Assembly (NCBI GenBank): GCA_965223335.1 | Contig: OZ244991.1 | Coordinates: 2,080,001 to 2,144,000 of the forward strand | Origin: Thermodesulfobacteriota bacterium | GTDB taxonomy: Bacteria; Desulfobacterota_D; UBA1144; Nemesobacterales; UBA2774 | Direction of reading: 5' to 3' | Length of the DNA: 64,000 nucleotides | Part shown: one piece after another, positions 60,570 through 64,000 of the stretch | Numbering within the stretch: position 1 is the first letter of the stretch | Layout of the letters: the number at the start of each line of letters is the position of its first letter | The notes under the pieces: model-generated | What the model saw: only the letters and a program-made list of their open reading frames with translations | Databases searched by the model: none | Told to the model about the DNA's origin: nothing | Translations under genes and position numbers: made by a program

Positions 60570-60618
60570 ATATTGTCTACCCATTGTCTAACTCAAGGTC
60601 TATAAGGGTAGACAATAT
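60570..60618. repeat. Putative integrase arm-type sites (right)
   Basis: 19-bp copy at 60574-60592 plus a 13-bp inverted copy GGGTAGACAATAT at 60606-60618. Confidence 0.7.
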
Positions 60619-60685
60619 GAGGCAGCCAATGGAAATATTCTTTAATCATTCCAATAGGTATCCAAAGCTTCCCTAGGATTTCAGC

Positions 60686-60732
60686 CACTCGTAATGAGCA
60701 GGTCAGGAGTTCAAATCTCCTCGTCGGCTCCA
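60686..60732 (+). repeat. attR core (duplicated tRNA-Thr 3' end)
   Basis: Identical to 54072-54118; the 5' part of the tRNA is absent. Confidence 0.95.
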
Positions 60733-60864
60733 TTTTTCACTGTCTGAATAGTTTGCTTGCTGAATTTGTACAATCAAATTCTTGGATAATTTTGTTTGAA
60801 AAATGTGTGAGTTGATTTTTGGGATAACCCAATGACCAATGCCTGACCCTGAATTCCTACAACC

Positions 60865-61305
60865 TTATTTAATGTCGTATTCTGCAAAAAATAAATACTG
60901 TTCAGGAATATTCTCAAAAGTAGGATTATGAAATGTTGCAACCAGGTATGGGTCTTCATCAAGAAAACTATGTTTGTTATCTTTATCAAGCTTCCACACT
61001 TCCAAACGCATATAAAGATTTTTCATATTTACAATCTTACCAAGATATGTCTTTACAAGCGTTGACTGTTTCTTCGGTAGGGCAAATTGTTCACTAGAGG
61101 TTTTCTCTAATTGCGTGAATGGATATGTTATTGGATAAAGAACTACATACATATCATGTTCTGTTGTATTGTTAATAACAATTGGTAATCCATAGCTGAA
61201 CCCATCTGATAATTCATAATGTTTGCATACTGATTCCGTAAGTCCACATGATAATAGAGTGAACATGAATATATATGTTAATGCTTTTGAGCCGGCTCTG
61301 ACCAT
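60865..61305 (-). CDS. Lipoprotein, candidate immunity protein
   Basis: LLSC lipobox; lies directly downstream of an Rhs toxin module. Confidence 0.6.
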   Translation of the reverse strand: MVRAGSKALTYIFMFTLLSCGLTESVCKHYELSDGFSYGLPIVINNTTEHDMYVVLYPITYPFTQLEKTSSEQFALPKKQSTLVKTYLGKIVNMKNLYMRLEVWKLDKDNKHSFLDEDPYLVATFHNPTFENIPEQYLFFAEYDIK

Positions 61306-61443
61306 GTAATCAACTCAGTTTATACGAAATCAGTGCACCGATAATATAATAACAATAAATAACACTTTAGTGCTACTTAACCACAAATCTACTTTATTAA
61401 CTTCATGATAACACTATGAAAATCTCGTTGTTACAACTTATTC

Positions 61444-62652
61444 TTACATCTGATTCTTACAACATTGCTCGCAATTATTGTTACTCAACAAACAACACTC
61501 TCTGCCATAACTATTAGCAGTAAGATCTCGGATCTCGAAACCTCTTCCTTGCCTAAGACCATCCCATTCATGTCCCCACCCTGCTGCCCATGAACAAAAA
61601 TAAAATGGCAAACAGTTTTTACATATTATGCATGAACCGGAACAGTGTCTCATGAAATTATCAAGATCGGCATCTGGGTATCTTCTAGTGTATTCCTTAG
61701 CATAACAGGTTGCACATTCTTCACATCCCCTATCTGGGGGGTCACAATCCGGTGTAGGTTCTAACCCCGACGGGTCAGTGAAAATAATTGGGTTGTTATT
61801 TGCATAGATATAATAATTAATCCCTCCTGCAAATCCTATTGGGTCCTCTTGGATAAATCTTCCAATATCGGGGTCGTAATACCTTGCTCGATAATAATAC
61901 AAACCACTTTCGCTATCGTATTCACGACCTGTATACGTGAAAGGATTCGTAGTTGTACCCGTTTGGGATACGATATTTCCAAATGCATCATACACATAAT
62001 CTTGTACAACATTCCCGCCTTGCAAAAGCTCTGTTGTGCTACCTATTCCATCAGAAGTAAATGTAAACCCTCCGCTTCCAACACTATCTAAATATAATGT
62101 TTCATCTATTCCAGGTCCATGACTGAATGATGCTTGGAGTGTGTTGTTGCCATCATACTCTTGCAATATATTCTGCTCGTCATATATATATCTCGTAATC
62201 ACTCCATTGATATTTTTCTCAATTCTCCTGTCTTTACCATCGTATCTGAACGTTGCAGTTAAATTAGGTCCGTTTATCTGAGTAAGTTGATTTCGTGCAT
62301 TATACGTAAATGTAGTTGTCAAACTTGTAGCTATGTCGGTTTTACTTGTCATATTACCATTATTGTCATATGTATAAGTATATGTAGCATCCTGTATTAA
62401 GCGGTTAGCATCGTCGTAAACAGAAGGTGTCCCTTGTCCTAATTCAGTAAGCCTATTCCCCACTGCGTCGTAAGAGAAGGCTTCATTAGTTGCTCCTACT
62501 GCCCCTGTTGCACTTGTGAGTCGGTATTCATTATCATAGCCATAATTGAGTGGGCTATTAACAGTAGTACTACTCCTAGTAGTATTCATTGAAGTACGGT
62601 TGCCTACTTTATCATATGTATATGCAAAGCTAGAAATTGTAGATCCACTCAC
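61444..62652 (-). CDS. Orphan (N-terminally truncated) Rhs core with Cys-rich C-terminal toxin
   Basis: YD repeats, YTGREYDSESGLYYYRARYYDP.IGRF.QEDPIG, NNP..FTDPSGL junction; no RBS, begins mid-repeat. Confidence 0.88.
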   Translation of the reverse strand: MSGSTISSFAYTYDKVGNRTSMNTTRSSTTVNSPLNYGYDNEYRLTSATGAVGATNEAFSYDAVGNRLTELGQGTPSVYDDANRLIQDATYTYTYDNNGNMTSKTDIATSLTTTFTYNARNQLTQINGPNLTATFRYDGKDRRIEKNINGVITRYIYDEQNILQEYDGNNTLQASFSHGPGIDETLYLDSVGSGGFTFTSDGIGSTTELLQGGNVVQDYVYDAFGNIVSQTGTTTNPFTYTGREYDSESGLYYYRARYYDPDIGRFIQEDPIGFAGGINYYIYANNNPIIFTDPSGLEPTPDCDPPDRGCEECATCYAKEYTRRYPDADLDNFMRHCSGSCIICKNCLPFYFCSWAAGWGHEWDGLRQGRGFEIRDLTANSYGRECCLLSNNNCEQCCKNQM

Positions 62653-62718
62653 ATCATTTGTGAGATTGATTAACTGGTTTTTGGAATAACCAGAGTGTGA
62701 CCTCTTGCACCCTAAGTG

Positions 62719-63582
62719 TTAATTTGTGAGTAATGTAAACGAACTTTCATAAATGTCAGAAATTGATTCTGCCACAAACTTAACTATTCCATAGAATGTT
62801 TCGTATAACATTTTTATGACAGAATAAGGTATGGCTATCGCAACTATGCCCCAAAATTTCAAACTAAATACATCTGGTGATTTAGAAATTACAATTAACT
62901 CTATACTATCTCTAGCATATTTCGATTTTTCGCCAAGTTTTCGCTCCGATTCTGGTTCTAATATCAAAAAAGTGTCAACTTTATTTAACCACAACGGCAT
63001 AGTTGCGAAATCTCCAGTATATCCATCATCAATACTATATTTGTCTGTGTAATCATATAAGGTTCTGATTCTACCAGGAGATAGATTTACAATATTCTGA
63101 GAATCAACATATACATCTAATAGTTTATTAAACTTGATTTCAGGGAAGTCTTCTATTTGTTCATGTACTTCGGTATTCTTTGAGAAATTTCTTTTGGTGG
63201 GAAGCATTATTGATATTACTTTGTTTGCTGTTTTTTTTGTAAGTGGACTTTTTACCCAACCATTGAAAGCAATAACTATTCCAGGATTAGTCCAAACTAA
63301 TATAGTGTGTCTCAATCCAAAAACTCTTTTAGTTTTGATTACTTCATTTGGTTCACCTAGAACACTTACCCAACTCCCAACCTTGGAACCTATACTTAGA
63401 CTCGGGTCACCTAGAGCATCTGCAATTGCTGTCTCAATAGGGTCTGGCTTGTTCCCATATACAACTTCACGTATTACATAACCAAGAACTGATAGACCAA
63501 CATGGATCAACAATAATATAAGTACGGCTATTATCAGCCATTTCCCAAATATTATATTAGTCTTTGTACCCTTTTGGAACAT
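62719..63582 (-). CDS. Membrane protein, candidate immunity protein
   Basis: N- and C-terminal hydrophobic segments; overlaps the end of the upstream toxin (ATG 63582; ORF extends to 63627). Confidence 0.6.
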   Translation of the reverse strand: MFQKGTKTNIIFGKWLIIAVLILLLIHVGLSVLGYVIREVVYGNKPDPIETAIADALGDPSLSIGSKVGSWVSVLGEPNEVIKTKRVFGLRHTILVWTNPGIVIAFNGWVKSPLTKKTANKVISIMLPTKRNFSKNTEVHEQIEDFPEIKFNKLLDVYVDSQNIVNLSPGRIRTLYDYTDKYSIDDGYTGDFATMPLWLNKVDTFLILEPESERKLGEKSKYARDSIELIVISKSPDVFSLKFWGIVAIAIPYSVIKMLYETFYGIVKFVAESISDIYESSFTLLTN

Positions 63583-64000
63583 AACTCTTGCATACCCTTC
63601 CGCAGCAAACATCTGATGCAGCACCATATATCAATCCTTTCTGGTTGGCACCCCAATCTCCATCAAAACAACTACACTCAACTTTTTTATTGCTATTAGT
63701 GGCTGCAGCAACCGCTTTTTTAACAATACACTCAATGCAATCATAACCTTCTTTTCCTGCCCCACCTGCTGCACCTGCTGCCATACCAACTGCCCCACAA
63801 TTTTTCGAAATTCCACAAAAAGCAATACAATGGAAGTATAAGTCCCATCTCTTACCACGGTTTGGACTAACCCTAGTACCAAAAAAATGTTTAATCAACC
63901 ATATCGGTGCACATACAATTCCTCCTTTTGGCCATTTCACCCTCCATAATCCTTGTGGATCTACATATGATATTGGGTTGTTCCCAACATATGGGTACAA
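63557..64000 (-). CDS. Rhs C-terminal toxin region (5' part outside the window)
   Basis: YVGNNPISYVDPQGL Rhs junction followed by a Cys-rich tip. Confidence 0.85.
   Translation of the reverse strand: MYPYVGNNPISYVDPQGLWRVKWPKGGIVCAPIWLIKHFFGTRVSPNRGKRWDLYFHCIAFCGISKNCGAVGMAAGAAGGAGKEGYDCIECIVKKAVAAATNSNKKVECSCFDGDWGANQKGLIYGAASDVCCGRVCKSYVPKGYKD

Larger units (their letters stand above)
54072..60732. mobile_element. tRNA-Thr-integrated element encoding a tyrosine integrase and a piPolB-like DNA polymerase (pipolin-like)
   Basis: 47-bp identical terminal direct repeats, integrase next to attL, PolB gene, visibly AT-richer than the flanking host genes. Confidence 0.9.

Noticed and set aside
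60686..60732. Second tRNA-Thr gene
   Set aside because: Only the 3' 47 nt are present, with no 5' acceptor strand or D-arm; it is attR
54072..60732. Prophage, casposon or polinton interpretation
   Set aside because: No structural genes, Cas1, DDE integrase or terminal inverted repeats; the ends are direct tRNA-derived repeats with a tyrosine recombinase

Overview
Bacterial chromosomal segment. Positions 1-54040 are a gene-dense housekeeping and envelope region. It contains a partial nitrite/sulfite reductase, K+ channel, tRNA-Leu, apgM, amiC, polX-ligA, rlmB, an RND efflux operon, nfo, recF, a CDC48-type AAA+ ATPase, pilD plus a sigma54 two-component system, hemY, a two-DUF3604/PPIase/HupE-UreJ operon with a Fur-box-like operator, and two paralogous PAS histidine kinases. 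The main finding starts at tRNA-Thr(CGT) (54044-54118): a complete AT-rich integrative element bounded by a perfect 47-bp direct repeat of the tRNA 3' part (54072-54118 / 60686-60732; predicted excised circle 6614 bp). It encodes a tyrosine integrase, a signal-less trypsin-like protease, a TPR protein and a small exported cystine-knot-like peptide. It also encodes a family B DNA polymerase with the motif layout of primer-independent PolBs (pipolins), but with altered catalytic motifs and a fused C-terminal HTH. A hairpin-rich ~880-bp non-coding tract lies upstream of the polymerase. Beyond attR is an Rhs polymorphic-toxin array with Cys-rich, serum-amyloid-A-like tips and candidate immunity genes. 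All family assignments come from motif recognition by eye; no database searches were run.
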